A stretch of 64,000 nucleotides of DNA from Nitrospirota bacterium (lineage in GTDB: Bacteria > Nitrospirota > Thermodesulfovibrionia > Thermodesulfovibrionales > SM23-35): assembly GCA_049323875.1 (NCBI GenBank), contig JBMOLW010000050.1, positions 9,643-73,642 of the forward strand, in the 5' to 3' direction. A model generated the notes under the pieces. It was not told the origin of the DNA, ran no database searches, and saw nothing but the letters and a program-made list of their open reading frames with translations. Each line of letters begins with the position of its first letter. Positions within the stretch are counted from its first letter, which is position 1. Of the stretch, positions 50,532-63,609 are shown piece after piece. The translations under genes and the position numbers were made by a program.

Positions 50532-51785
50532 ATGAAAATATTCAGGAACCTTTCTCTCTTTTTGTTCATTTTTTGCTCCTTTTTGCCTGTATATGCATCA
50601 GAGCCTTACTATGGTTTCTCTGATGAACAGCCAGTAATTACCTCCTTGCCTGAGGAACAACTTCAGGACAGACTCGATCTCGTTCCTGACAGTTCACAGA
50701 ACGATATTGCCCTGAAGGCTATCGAGAGGAATATTACCCTTTTTTCCGGAAAAATCAGGGAAAAATTTACCCTCTGGCTCAGCAGGTCAGGGAAATACCT
50801 GGATCTGATGAAAGAGATCCTGAAGGAACGGAATGTCCCGGAAGAAATAGTATTTCTCCCGCTTATTGAGAGCGGCTTCAATCCCTACGCGTATTCACCG
50901 GCTCGTGCAGCCGGATACTGGCAGTTTATCGCCTCAACTGCAAAGAGGTACGGGCTGGAAATAACCTGGTGGAAGGATGAGAGGAGAGACCCGGTGAAAT
51001 CGACGGAGGCCGCGGCACATTACCTGAGTGACCTATATGAAATATTCGGCTCATGGAATCTTGCAATGGCAGCATACAATGCAGGTGAAGGGAAGATTCT
51101 CAGGGCGTTGAACAGGTCCAAGAGCGATGACTACTGGGCTTTGCTGAATACGAAATATATCAAGAACGAAACAAAGAATTATGTCCCGAAGTTCATCGCT
51201 GCAACCATGATCGCACACGACCCGCAGACATATGGATTTGAGGATTTTGAATATCATCCACCGATGGAGTATGAACAGGTGTCTCTGGACAGTCCGCTTG
51301 ATCTTGATATCGCTGCCGAGTGTGCGGAAACAACGGTAGAAGTGATCAGGGAGTTGAATCCGGAACTCCGGAGGTGGTGTACTCCCCCCGGCATATTCGA
51401 GTATATGCTGAGAATACCGGCGGGGAAAAAAGAGGTTTTTCTTGAAAGTCTCTCCCGCATACCGCCGGAAGAGAGGTTTTCTGTTGAAAGATACCGGGTA
51501 AAGAAGGGAGATACTTTCAAGAAAATATCGAAAAAGACAAGGGTGCCGGTACAGGCTATTCTTGACCTCAACGACATGGAAAAAATTATGCCGTTACAGG
51601 CAGGAACAGAAATTCTTATCCCTCCGAAAGACAAGCTGATCCTCGATGCCGATGACAGGGCGTCGGTGAAGAAGGCAGCTTATAAACAGAAGAAGAAAAA
51701 ATCAAAAGGCAGCGCGAATACCGTGAAAAAGATTTCCTATACCCGTAAGAAAAAGACGCCCGCTGCCAAAAGCAAAGACATCTAA
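50532..51785 (+). CDS. lytic transglycosylase (SLT domain) with LysM, MltD-like
   Basis: Signal peptide MKIFRNLSLFLFIFCSFLPVYA. SLT motifs LIESGFNP, AGYWQF and AYNAGEG. LysM (YRVKKGDTFKKISKKTRVPVQAILDLN). Lys-rich tail. Confidence 0.85.
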   Translation: MKIFRNLSLFLFIFCSFLPVYASEPYYGFSDEQPVITSLPEEQLQDRLDLVPDSSQNDIALKAIERNITLFSGKIREKFTLWLSRSGKYLDLMKEILKERNVPEEIVFLPLIESGFNPYAYSPARAAGYWQFIASTAKRYGLEITWWKDERRDPVKSTEAAAHYLSDLYEIFGSWNLAMAAYNAGEGKILRALNRSKSDDYWALLNTKYIKNETKNYVPKFIAATMIAHDPQTYGFEDFEYHPPMEYEQVSLDSPLDLDIAAECAETTVEVIRELNPELRRWCTPPGIFEYMLRIPAGKKEVFLESLSRIPPEERFSVERYRVKKGDTFKKISKKTRVPVQAILDLNDMEKIMPLQAGTEILIPPKDKLILDADDRASVKKAAYKQKKKKSKGSANTVKKISYTRKKKTPAAKSKDI

Positions 51786-51892
51786 GCCCCGATTATTCGC
51801 AAGTGTTTGACCAGGAAGAGCAGACGCAGTATTATGATACCCGGCCCGGTCCCGAATGATGGTGAGGTTTTTCCCCGGGTGAGTACTTCCGG

Positions 51893-52597
51893 CTAACCCT
51901 TATTCTTCCCGGTCATTTGAGACAAGCGCTCCTGTGCCTTGTCCGAGAATGGCGAATCAGGATATTTGGTGGTGAGTTCCTGATATTTTTTCTTTGCCTC
52001 GTCCAGCTTTCCTTCTTTTTCGAGGATCCCGGCGTATTCAATAAGGGCTAAATCCTTGAAAATATCCCCCTGGAGCGCATTGAGTGTATCAAGGGTCTTC
52101 TTTGCCTCTTCAAAATCATCTTTTTTGATATAAAGAGTTGCCATTTTTTGATAGGCAAGAGGAATAAATTTTTTGTCAGATGAATATTTCCCGACAAACT
52201 CCTTCAGGCTTTTCAGTGCGTCATCGAACCTGCCGAGCTCATACTGACAGGCTGCGATATAAAAGAGGGAGACAGGGGACCTTTTGGTGGCATAGGCTTT
52301 CTGAAAAATATCAAGAGATTTTTGATACTGTTCTTCAGAAGTCATCGGTGTTTTGGAGAGGTTGTAAAAGATCTTATAGCCATCATATTCAAGGCCTTTG
52401 GCTTTTTTCGCAGTATAGGAGGAATAGAAGAAAAAACTTGCAGCAGCCAATATGATGACCAGGACAAGAGCCCCGTACCGGAGAATGGTTTTTTGCCGTT
52501 CCTGTATCGATTCTCTCAGGTTTTCGAGTCGGTCCTGTACTTCTTCTTCGGTAGGGGCAGTTTTTTTGGCAACTTTCTTTTTTATCACCTTTGGCAT
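51893..52597 (-). CDS. membrane-anchored TPR-repeat protein
   Basis: Basic N-terminus, one TM (YGALVLVIILAAASFFFY), then TPR-like repeats. 1-nt TAATG overlap with the upstream gene. Confidence 0.7.
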   Translation of the reverse strand: MPKVIKKKVAKKTAPTEEEVQDRLENLRESIQERQKTILRYGALVLVIILAAASFFFYSSYTAKKAKGLEYDGYKIFYNLSKTPMTSEEQYQKSLDIFQKAYATKRSPVSLFYIAACQYELGRFDDALKSLKEFVGKYSSDKKFIPLAYQKMATLYIKKDDFEEAKKTLDTLNALQGDIFKDLALIEYAGILEKEGKLDEAKKKYQELTTKYPDSPFSDKAQERLSQMTGKNKG

Positions 52598-53253
52598 TAA
52601 TCCCTCCTGCGCAATTTTTCAACGAGAAGTTTCGCATGTTCGAATATGGATTCGATACGGTTATCTTCTATTCCCGAAGCAAGCAACACCCTTCTGGCAA
52701 AATCTCTCGTTATCAGATCCGATGGGCTGTGGGCATCGGTGTTGATGCAGAGGGGAACCCCGAATTTCATCGCCTCTTTTGCAACATGGCCGTTCGCAAG
52801 GGAATGACCCTTCCTCGCCGTTATTTCAAGCGTTACCCCTTTCTCCTTGGCAGACAGGAGGTCCTCTTCGGATATGATGCCCGGATGTGCCAGAATGTCG
52901 GCGTTGGCCTCGATAGCAGCCCTGTTTGTTCCGGGCAGCACAGGTTCGACCAGTGTCTCTCCGTGAACGACCACAATCCTAGCACCCAGCTGACGGGCTT
53001 CTTTTACCAGGTCAGGGATCATCTGGGGCGGAGCATGCGTTATCTCCGCGCCGGAGAGCACTTCTATCGAGATATGATCCCGGATTTTTTTCAGGGCATG
53101 TACTATCTTCGGAATTACCGTCCCTATGTTCGACGAATCAATATGGTCGGTGATCGCCAGTGCCTTGTAGCCGAGCCATTCTGCACGTCTGATCAGCTCG
53201 AAAGGGATAAGTTCACCATCGCTGAAAATACTATGGGTATGGAGATCGATCAT
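52597..53253 (-). CDS. PHP-domain (histidinol-phosphatase-like) metal-dependent phosphoesterase
   Basis: 218 aa with MIDLHTHSIFSDG, AITDH, VVHGE and NTDAH motifs. Confidence 0.8.
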   Translation of the reverse strand: MIDLHTHSIFSDGELIPFELIRRAEWLGYKALAITDHIDSSNIGTVIPKIVHALKKIRDHISIEVLSGAEITHAPPQMIPDLVKEARQLGARIVVVHGETLVEPVLPGTNRAAIEANADILAHPGIISEEDLLSAKEKGVTLEITARKGHSLANGHVAKEAMKFGVPLCINTDAHSPSDLITRDFARRVLLASGIEDNRIESIFEHAKLLVEKLRRRD

Positions 53254-53305
53254 CGTTCCTGCCTGTTCGGGAAATACTGTATTGTATCAGAATACTTTTC
53301 AAAAA

Positions 53306-54130
53306 TCACCTTTGTAAAACAGCAGCGCCCCATTCAGCATCATCATAACGACAGTATTCTTTCAGCCCGCATTGCCGGTATGCCGACAGTACCGGTTCAA
53401 TCTGCGCACCGGTCATACCGCCCAAAACGATAACCCCGTGAGGAGAAAGATTATGCACTAGAAGGTCGACAATCTCTTTCAGGAAAGCGCCATACAGGTT
53501 TGCAAGGATGAGATCGTACTGACCAGCTAACTCTATGACCGAGCCATGCATAATCCGGATATTTGCCGCTAGACCGTTCAATCGCACATTTTCCCCTGCT
53601 TCCAGCACTGCGTCGGAAACTATCTCCACCCCGGTAATTTGTGGCGCTCCCATTCTTGCCGCTGCGATGGAGAGCACACCTGTTCCTGCTCCGGCATCAA
53701 GGACTGTCCGTATAGTGCTCCGCATGGAGTCATTCTTCAGGACGCTCTTGATCCCTTCAAGACAGTAGACAGTGCAGGGGTGGCTGCCGATCCCGAAAGA
53801 CCTTCCCCGCTGAATAAAAATGGGGATGCCCCAGGGAGGGATATGGGCAGACGGAGAAGGGATGATGATGAATGTATCGGGCGGGATCCCTGAGATTTGC
53901 CGGGCACGTGGGGTTATAGTGGTCGTCAGGAGACTTTTTGCCATCATACGGAGGAAATTATTCAGTCTTGCGACGAGTCTGCCGCAATCCGGAGCGCAAA
54001 GATAGGCTTTTACCAGAAAGTCCTTTGCGCGTTTTTCTACGGTAACCCCGTTGATGAAAGTCCAGAGGAAATTATACGTGGATTCCAACAGGGCCAAAGG
54101 GAGGGGGATCTGGATTTCAAACCATTGCAT
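53306..54130 (-). CDS. prmA: ribosomal protein L11 methyltransferase
   Basis: 274 aa with MQWFEI N-terminus, FGIGSHPCT (FGTGxHxTT-like) and SAM motif VLDAGAGTGVLSIAAARMGA. Confidence 0.85.
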   Translation of the reverse strand: MQWFEIQIPLPLALLESTYNFLWTFINGVTVEKRAKDFLVKAYLCAPDCGRLVARLNNFLRMMAKSLLTTTITPRARQISGIPPDTFIIIPSPSAHIPPWGIPIFIQRGRSFGIGSHPCTVYCLEGIKSVLKNDSMRSTIRTVLDAGAGTGVLSIAAARMGAPQITGVEIVSDAVLEAGENVRLNGLAANIRIMHGSVIELAGQYDLILANLYGAFLKEIVDLLVHNLSPHGVIVLGGMTGAQIEPVLSAYRQCGLKEYCRYDDAEWGAAVLQR

Positions 54131-54852
54131 AGTGGAATGATAAGATCATCCGATTATATCACATTACAGCATCCCTGCCCGCGCGAGGGTCAGGACGATC
54201 ACTTCTTTTGCTCCGGCGTTTTTCAGCTGTTTTGAACATTCTGAAACGGTAGCGCCGGTTGTCATGACGTCATCGACCAATAAAATTCTTGGAGTATTGA
54301 CAGTTCCTTTCACCGCAAACGCATTCCGTATATTCTTCACGCGTTCCTTTGCGGACAAACCAACCTGTGGCTGGGTAAGCCGTGTCTTCGTGAGGATATC
54401 CATGAGCAGGGGAACCCCCAGCTTCCTGGAAAGAATCCGCGCAAGGAGAAGGGATTGGTTAAAGCCCCGTCTCCTCAGATTTTTTCTGTGCAAAGGAACG
54501 GGAACTATGCCATCCACTGCCGGGACGTCAAGGGTGAGCAGTAAATCCCCGAGCGGCTGAGCGAGTCTTCTCTGACCGCAGAATTTCAGTTGGTGGATTG
54601 CCTTGGCAAGAACACCTTCATACACGCCAAAGGTTATTGCCCGGGAAAACGGCGGCTTGTCTTTCAGACAGAATCCGCATACGAGGGCATAATCGGAAGG
54701 GAGGGGCAGAGAACAAACCCTGCAAAGCGGGCCTGAATATCGCGAGATGAGGGACCAGCACCCGGAACAGAAAGGAGATTCGTTCAACCGATCGGATTTT
54801 TTCCCGCAGACCGGACAGGAGGCGGGGAAAAAGAGATCAGTAAGCCTGACGA

Positions 54853-58239
<3,387 letters not shown>

Positions 58240-58248
58240 AGGGCCTCC

Positions 58249-59388
58249 TTACGCCATTAATAATTCCTGCGCAGCAGATACGCCTGTTCCGAGTTTCACC
58301 GGGTGACCCATACCTTTCAGTACCATCTCTATGCCTGCGATTGCGGTGATGACATCGAATCTGTCTGCATATCCTAAATGGGCGATGCGGAAGATTTTCC
58401 CCTTTGCCTTGTCCTGTCCTCCCGCTGCAGTGATGCCATATTGCTCCCGGAGATTTTTATAGACAGCCTGTCCGTCGATCCCCTCGGGAGCCCTGATCGC
58501 AGTCACTGCGTTCGATGGAGATTCCCTGGGGTATAATTCCAGTCCCATTGCCTGCACAGCTTTCCGGGTGGCATTTGCAAGCCAGGCATGTCTGGCGAAG
58601 ACTTGCTCCAGTCCTTCGGCCTGAAGCATCTTCAGGCTCTCGTTCAGTCCGATGATAAGGGTGACGGGAGAGGTGAAGTTCGTCTGGTTTTTTGCGAGGT
58701 TTTCCCGCTCTTTCCTGAAATCGAAATAGAATTTGGGTATTGTCGAGGTTTCTGTCTTTGCCCACGCTTTTTCACTAACGCTCACCAATGCGAGACCTGG
58801 CGGCAGCATAACCCCTTTTTGCGAACCTCCGACCATGATATCTATGCCCCATTCATCTGTTTTCAGGTCATGGGCGACCAGTGCGCTTATTGCATCCACG
58901 ATGAACAGGGTGTCGTCAAATTGTTTCACCACAGACCCGAGAGCCTGAATATCATGGTAGACTCCCGTTGAAGTCTCTGATGCCTGCACGAAAACACCCT
59001 TTATTCCCCGGTTCTTTTTTAGTTTTTCCTCCACCTGGGAGGGATTTACCGCATATCCCCATTCAACAATGATTTCCTCGACATCAAGGCTGTACGCCTG
59101 GCAGATCTTTGTCCAGCGTTCTCCGAATTTCCCGCCGTTTACCACGAGAACCTTGTCGCCTTTATTGAAAAAGTTGTTCACCGAGCCTACCATGCCCCCG
59201 GTTCCGGTTGCGCAGAGGATAAGCACATCATTATTGGTCTGGTATAACCATTGAAGCCCTTTCTTTGCTGCATCGAGGACCGGGAGAAAATCAGCCGAGC
59301 GGTGGTGGATAATCGGCGCTGCCATGGAAAGGAGCACATCAGGGGGAACGGGCGTGGGACCCGGTGCCAAGAGATAGCGTTTTACCAT
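58249..59388 (-). CDS. class V aminotransferase (AGXT/SerC-like, probably phosphoserine aminotransferase)
   Basis: 379 aa with PGPTPVP N-terminus and PLP-Lys context VGGSQKGVMLPPG. Lies directly upstream of serA. Confidence 0.8.
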   Translation of the reverse strand: MVKRYLLAPGPTPVPPDVLLSMAAPIIHHRSADFLPVLDAAKKGLQWLYQTNNDVLILCATGTGGMVGSVNNFFNKGDKVLVVNGGKFGERWTKICQAYSLDVEEIIVEWGYAVNPSQVEEKLKKNRGIKGVFVQASETSTGVYHDIQALGSVVKQFDDTLFIVDAISALVAHDLKTDEWGIDIMVGGSQKGVMLPPGLALVSVSEKAWAKTETSTIPKFYFDFRKERENLAKNQTNFTSPVTLIIGLNESLKMLQAEGLEQVFARHAWLANATRKAVQAMGLELYPRESPSNAVTAIRAPEGIDGQAVYKNLREQYGITAAGGQDKAKGKIFRIAHLGYADRFDVITAIAGIEMVLKGMGHPVKLGTGVSAAQELLMA

Positions 59389-59487
59389 GAAAAACCTCCT
59401 GAAAACCCTTATTTAAAAATTATTTTGAGAAGAGTAGCCAGACTTTGGAAATTAGCACAAGACGGGTTCTTTGGTCAAGGGCAGCTC

Positions 59488-59517
59488 TTTACAATATCCT
59501 GAAAGCATTATTATAAT
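59488..59517 (+). promoter_or_regulatory. candidate promoter abutting the htrA start
   Basis: TTTACA (59488..59493), 18 nt, TATAAT (59512..59517). GTG 59523 lies 5 nt downstream and ATG 59526 lies 8 nt downstream. Confidence 0.45.
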
Positions 59518-59525
59518 GAAAGGTG

Positions 59526-60995
59526 ATGAAAAAGAAAATCCTTATCAGCATATCAATTCTTTTAATAGGATTTCTTCTCGGCGGAGTCACGTTTTACCTA
59601 CTCGGAAGGGTTTCCGGAGAGAATAAATACCTGCCGTATCGTGGCAGCGCGAATGTACCGGGCCAGATAATCGAGACGAGCAGAGCTTTTTCCGAGATAG
59701 TCTCAGTGGTATCGCCGGCAGTTGTGAATATTTCGACTACGAAGGTTATAAAGCGCGGTCAGGGGCCGTTTTTCGACGATCCTTTTTTTGATTTTTTCAA
59801 TCCCTTCCATGAGTTCAATAGCCCCAGGAAATGGAAGGAGAAGAGCCTTGGCTCAGGGGTTATTGTCTCTTCAGATGGCTATATTATTACGAACAACCAT
59901 GTTGTAGAAAAGTCGGACGAAATTAAGGTTACCCTGTTTGACCGCAGGACATTCAGGGGAACGATTGTCGGCGCTGATCCGAAGACCGATATCGCTATCC
60001 TGAAAATAGACGCAGGCAACCTCCTCCCCCTCACCTGGGGTGATTCAGACAAGTTACAGGTGGGCGAGTTCGTCCTTGCGATAGGAAGCCCCTACGGGTT
60101 GAGCCACACGGTTACCATGGGCATTATCAGTGCCGTGGGCAGGGCCAATGTGGGAATTGCTGACTATGAAGATTTTATTCAGACCGACGCTGCTATAAAC
60201 CCGGGCAACTCCGGCGGGCCTCTGGTGAATATCCAGGGAGAACTGATCGGGATAAACACGGCGATATTTTCGAGGACCGGGGGATATCAGGGGATAGGCT
60301 TTGCAGTACCAAGCAATATGGTGCGGCTTATCATGGACCAGCTCATTCAGAAAGGGAAAGTCACCCGCGGATGGATCGGGGTTACGATCCAGGAGCTTAC
60401 ACCGGAGCTTGCTGACGAATTCGGACTGAAAAGATCGAACGGAGCGCTCGTGAGCGATGTCGCGAAGGACAGCCCTGCCGCACAGGCAGGGATTCAGCGA
60501 GGTGATATTATCATCGACTTTAACGGGAAAGAAGTGAAAGACGTCAGCAGTCTGCGCAATATGGTTGCCCAGAGCAAGTCAGGTACGGAAATCAGGATGA
60601 AAATCCTGAGATCCGGAAAAGAATTTCCTGTGAAAATAGTTATTCAGGAATTGCCGAGAGAAATGGCCGAGGTCACGACCGATCATATTCCCGGTGAGGC
60701 AGAGTCAAGGATCCTGGCAGGACTTACCGTAATGGATCTTTCGAAAGAAATTATCCGGCAGCTTGGATTCAACAAAGACGAGAAAGGCGTTGTAGTCGTC
60801 CGGGTTGCACCCGGAAGCCCTGCGGATGAGGCCGAGATAAAAAAGGGAGATATCATCAAGGAAATAGATAAAAAAGAAATTAGAAATCTGAACGACTACA
60901 CCAGAATCTCCGCACATATACAAAAAAATTCCTCGGCCCTGCTGTTTATTAACCGCAGCGGCAAGCAGTTCTACGTCATTCTCAAGTCGATATAA
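59526..60995 (+). CDS. htrA: periplasmic serine endoprotease DegP/HtrA with two PDZ domains
   Basis: TM/signal anchor, catalytic triad contexts TNNHVV, DIAILK and GNSGGPL, and two PDZ regions. The start could be GTG 59523. Confidence 0.92.
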   Translation: MKKKILISISILLIGFLLGGVTFYLLGRVSGENKYLPYRGSANVPGQIIETSRAFSEIVSVVSPAVVNISTTKVIKRGQGPFFDDPFFDFFNPFHEFNSPRKWKEKSLGSGVIVSSDGYIITNNHVVEKSDEIKVTLFDRRTFRGTIVGADPKTDIAILKIDAGNLLPLTWGDSDKLQVGEFVLAIGSPYGLSHTVTMGIISAVGRANVGIADYEDFIQTDAAINPGNSGGPLVNIQGELIGINTAIFSRTGGYQGIGFAVPSNMVRLIMDQLIQKGKVTRGWIGVTIQELTPELADEFGLKRSNGALVSDVAKDSPAAQAGIQRGDIIIDFNGKEVKDVSSLRNMVAQSKSGTEIRMKILRSGKEFPVKIVIQELPREMAEVTTDHIPGEAESRILAGLTVMDLSKEIIRQLGFNKDEKGVVVVRVAPGSPADEAEIKKGDIIKEIDKKEIRNLNDYTRISAHIQKNSSALLFINRSGKQFYVILKSI

Positions 60996-61107
60996 GGTTC
61001 CTGAGCCGCAGGGGGATAAACATACCTCCCCTGTCTGTGTTGCTCCGGGTAGTGCTGCCCGTTTTGAATACATGCACGAATGCGGAATCGAAAGGAGGTG
61101 AGATACG

Positions 61108-62112
61108 ATGTTTCTTTTTTCCCGAATAGCATTTTTTCTCCTCTTCGCACTCTCAGGATATTTTGTCGGAGACCCGTATGGCTTTGCATGGCATGGTGTC
61201 CTGATTGGCGGGCTTTTTGGATTGGCAGCGATTGCTGCAGAGATGAAAGTCAGAAAAATTGAACTGGGGTCTTTTATCGGCGGGTTGTTCGGTCTTTCCT
61301 GCGGACTTTTGTTTTCTTACCTTCTCTTACTCCCCCTGAAACTCTTCCTGGGAGAAGAAATCAGAATCATATCCTTTGCCTTCATGGCGGTTCTCGGATA
61401 TGGAGGGCTTCTCTTTGGTTTCAGCAGGGGCAGGGCAATATCATTCGCGGGTATTGTGAGACTTTTCAGAGGACAGGGATTGGAGGAGAACCTCAAGATT
61501 CTCGATACGAGTGTAATTATAGATGGGCGTATTGTTGATGTCTGCGAGACAGGATTCCTTGAGGGGGTTTTTATTCTGCCGCAGTTTATTCTTCAGGAAT
61601 TGCAGCATATAGCAGATGCTCCTGACCCGATGAAAAGGGCAAGGGGGAGAAGGGGGCTTGACATTTTGCACAAGATCCAGAAGATGTCTCGTATAACCGT
61701 CCGTATTGTTGAAGAAGATTTGCCCAAGGTGAAGGAAGTCGATGCAAAACTTGTTGCCCTGGCAAAACTCCTCCATGCAAAAGTCATAACCAATGATTTT
61801 AATCTCAACAAGGTTGCGGAACTCCAGGGCGTACCGGTATTGAATATCAATGAACTGGCCAACTCGCTCAAACCGGTTGTCCTTCCGGGAGAAACCATGA
61901 AGGTTTTTATTCTGAAGGAAGGGAAAGAATACAACCAGGGAGTTGCATACCTTGATGACGGGACCATGGTAGTTGTGGAAAACGCCAGGAGACTGATCGG
62001 CAAAAATGCAGAAGTCACGGTTACCAGCGTATTGCAGACAACTGCAGGGAGGATGATATTCTCAAAGCTCAAAGAGGATTATGAGCGGGACGAACTCAAG
62101 GCAGTGAGATAG
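61108..62112 (+). CDS. yacL: membrane-anchored PIN/TRAM-domain protein (YacL-like)
   Basis: Four N-terminal TM segments, a PIN domain ([20 protein letters not shown]) and a C-terminal TRAM-like beta domain. AGGAGG SD. Confidence 0.85.
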   Translation: MFLFSRIAFFLLFALSGYFVGDPYGFAWHGVLIGGLFGLAAIAAEMKVRKIELGSFIGGLFGLSCGLLFSYLLLLPLKLFLGEEIRIISFAFMAVLGYGGLLFGFSRGRAISFAGIVRLFRGQGLEENLKILDTSVIIDGRIVDVCETGFLEGVFILPQFILQELQHIADAPDPMKRARGRRGLDILHKIQKMSRITVRIVEEDLPKVKEVDAKLVALAKLLHAKVITNDFNLNKVAELQGVPVLNINELANSLKPVVLPGETMKVFILKEGKEYNQGVAYLDDGTMVVVENARRLIGKNAEVTVTSVLQTTAGRMIFSKLKEDYERDELKAVR

Positions 62113-62228
62113 GGATTATACAGAGAAGGACCTCCTTCATTACCAGTCTGCAACCCCGGAAACAGGATCGGGATGAAGGAGGGTCTGGAAAAAGTGGATG
62201 CTTGACAAACCATGGTGACCGGAAAGAT

Positions 62229-62957
62229 ATGAAGGCGAAGAATGTTCCTCCTTGTGTGATTGCCATAGTTCCGGCTGCGGGGATCGGGAAACGGTTTGGA
62301 GCGGGAACCCATAAACAGTTCGAGACCCTGAAGGGAAAACCTGTTCTCATATGGTCACTTGAGATATTCCAGGGTATACGGAGCATTCAGGAGATTATTC
62401 CGGTGCTCGCAGAGGATGATATGGAACTGGGCAGAAAAGTATTTGCCGAGCACCGCATAACAAAAATCAGGAAGATCGCCCCGGGAGGCAAAGAACGGCA
62501 GAATTCCGTATGGAACGCCCTGAAGCTGGTTAGTGACACCCAGAGTATTATTCTTGTTCATGACGGGGTCAGGCCCCTGATAGAAAAGCATTGTGTGGAG
62601 ACTCTCATTCAGGAGATGATCGGGAGCCTCACCGAAGGAGGCGCGTGCGACGGAATTGTACCCGGCGTACCCCTCAAGGATACTGTCAAGGAAGCGTCAA
62701 AACGCGTTGTTAAAAAGACGTTGAAACGGGACATGTTCTGGGCCATTCAGACGCCGCAGATTTTTCCGTACAGAACTCTCTATACTGCATATGAGAAAGC
62801 CATGCTGGAAGGTTATTACTCTACAGACGATGCCGCACTCGTCGAGAAATGCAAGGGGAAAATACGCATAGAGAGCGGCTCATACAAGAATATCAAAATA
62901 ACGACACCGGAAGACCTGAAGATTGCGGAAGTGCTGTTACGCTTGGAAAAAGGATAA
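62229..62957 (+). CDS. ispD: 2-C-methyl-D-erythritol 4-phosphate cytidylyltransferase
   Basis: AIVPAAGIGKRFG, VHDGVRP and QTPQIF motifs. ATG 62229 is preferred over TTG 62202. Confidence 0.9.
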   Translation: MKAKNVPPCVIAIVPAAGIGKRFGAGTHKQFETLKGKPVLIWSLEIFQGIRSIQEIIPVLAEDDMELGRKVFAEHRITKIRKIAPGGKERQNSVWNALKLVSDTQSIILVHDGVRPLIEKHCVETLIQEMIGSLTEGGACDGIVPGVPLKDTVKEASKRVVKKTLKRDMFWAIQTPQIFPYRTLYTAYEKAMLEGYYSTDDAALVEKCKGKIRIESGSYKNIKITTPEDLKIAEVLLRLEKG

Positions 62958-62989
62958 AATTGTCCCGGCAACACAATGCCGGTACCGAT

Positions 62990-63058
62990 GTCATTATCCG
63001 GCTTGACCGGATAATCCAGGTTTTTTCTCTGGATTCCCCGATCAGGTCGGGGAATGAC
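62990..63058. other. 69-nt perfectly paired four-helix junction element (possible structured RNA or DNA cruciform)
   Basis: Outer stem GTCATT/AATGAC encloses ATCCGG-CTTGA-CCGGAT, AATCCAG-GTTTTTTCT-CTGGATT and CCCCGA-TCAGG-TCGGGG. That is 25 WC bp with no mismatches and no junction linkers. Confidence 0.6.
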
Positions 63059-63127
63059 ACTAAAGTATTTTAAAATTTCCATAACCTTATACAGGGTTTT
63101 ATGAGGATTAAGGAATGAAAAGGACTT

Positions 63128-63601
63128 ATGCGTATCGGTTTCGGATATGATTCGCACAGACTGGTTGAGGGAAGGAAGCTGATTCTCGGAGGGGTGAATA
63201 TTCCCTTCAGAAAGGGGCTGTACGGTCACTCTGATGCAGATGTCCTCTGCCATGCCATCACCGATGCACTCATCGGCGCCCTGGGCCTCGGCGACATAGG
63301 ACAGCATTTCCCTGATATCGATCCGCAATGGAAAGACGCTTCGAGTGTCGAATTTCTCCATTATGTCCTTGAACTAATAACAGCGAATAATTTTGAAGTT
63401 GCCTGGATAGACACCACCGTCATCGCCGAAGAACCGAAACTGTCTCCCTATATAGAATCGATGAAGCAGGAATTGTCACGATGGGGAATTCTTCCCGGCA
63501 GAATCAACATCAAAGCCAAGACGAACGAAGGGATGGGGTTTATCGGCAGGGGTGAAGGGATCGCAGCATATGCAGTCTGCCTGTTGAATCGTCTTGCCTG
63601 A
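63128..63601 (+). CDS. ispF: 2-C-methyl-D-erythritol 2,4-cyclodiphosphate synthase
   Basis: 157 aa with MRIGFGYDSHRL, GHSDADVLCHA and GDIGQHFPD motifs. Confidence 0.95.
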   Translation: MRIGFGYDSHRLVEGRKLILGGVNIPFRKGLYGHSDADVLCHAITDALIGALGLGDIGQHFPDIDPQWKDASSVEFLHYVLELITANNFEVAWIDTTVIAEEPKLSPYIESMKQELSRWGILPGRINIKAKTNEGMGFIGRGEGIAAYAVCLLNRLA

Positions 63602-63609
63602 CAGGGTTA

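Noticed and set aside
52591-53433. 280-aa plus-strand ORF over the PHP gene and prmA 3' end, plus similar shadows 1409..1963 (+), 6935..7549 (-) and 42232..42882 (+)
   Set aside because: These are antisense to well-supported genes, lack SD or promoter signals and domain motifs, and most are codon-aligned shadows.
62203-62231. TTGACA-17-AGATAT promoter-like string upstream of ispD
   Set aside because: The putative -10 overlaps the preferred ispD ATG (62229), so transcription from it would start inside the gene. There is no alternative downstream start before the conserved AIVPAAGIGKRFG motif.
62816-63361. 181-aa minus-strand ORF spanning the ispD 3' end, the spacer and the ispF 5' end
   Set aside because: It overlaps two well-supported plus-strand genes and shows no motifs. 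Its central part merely reads through the four-helix element.
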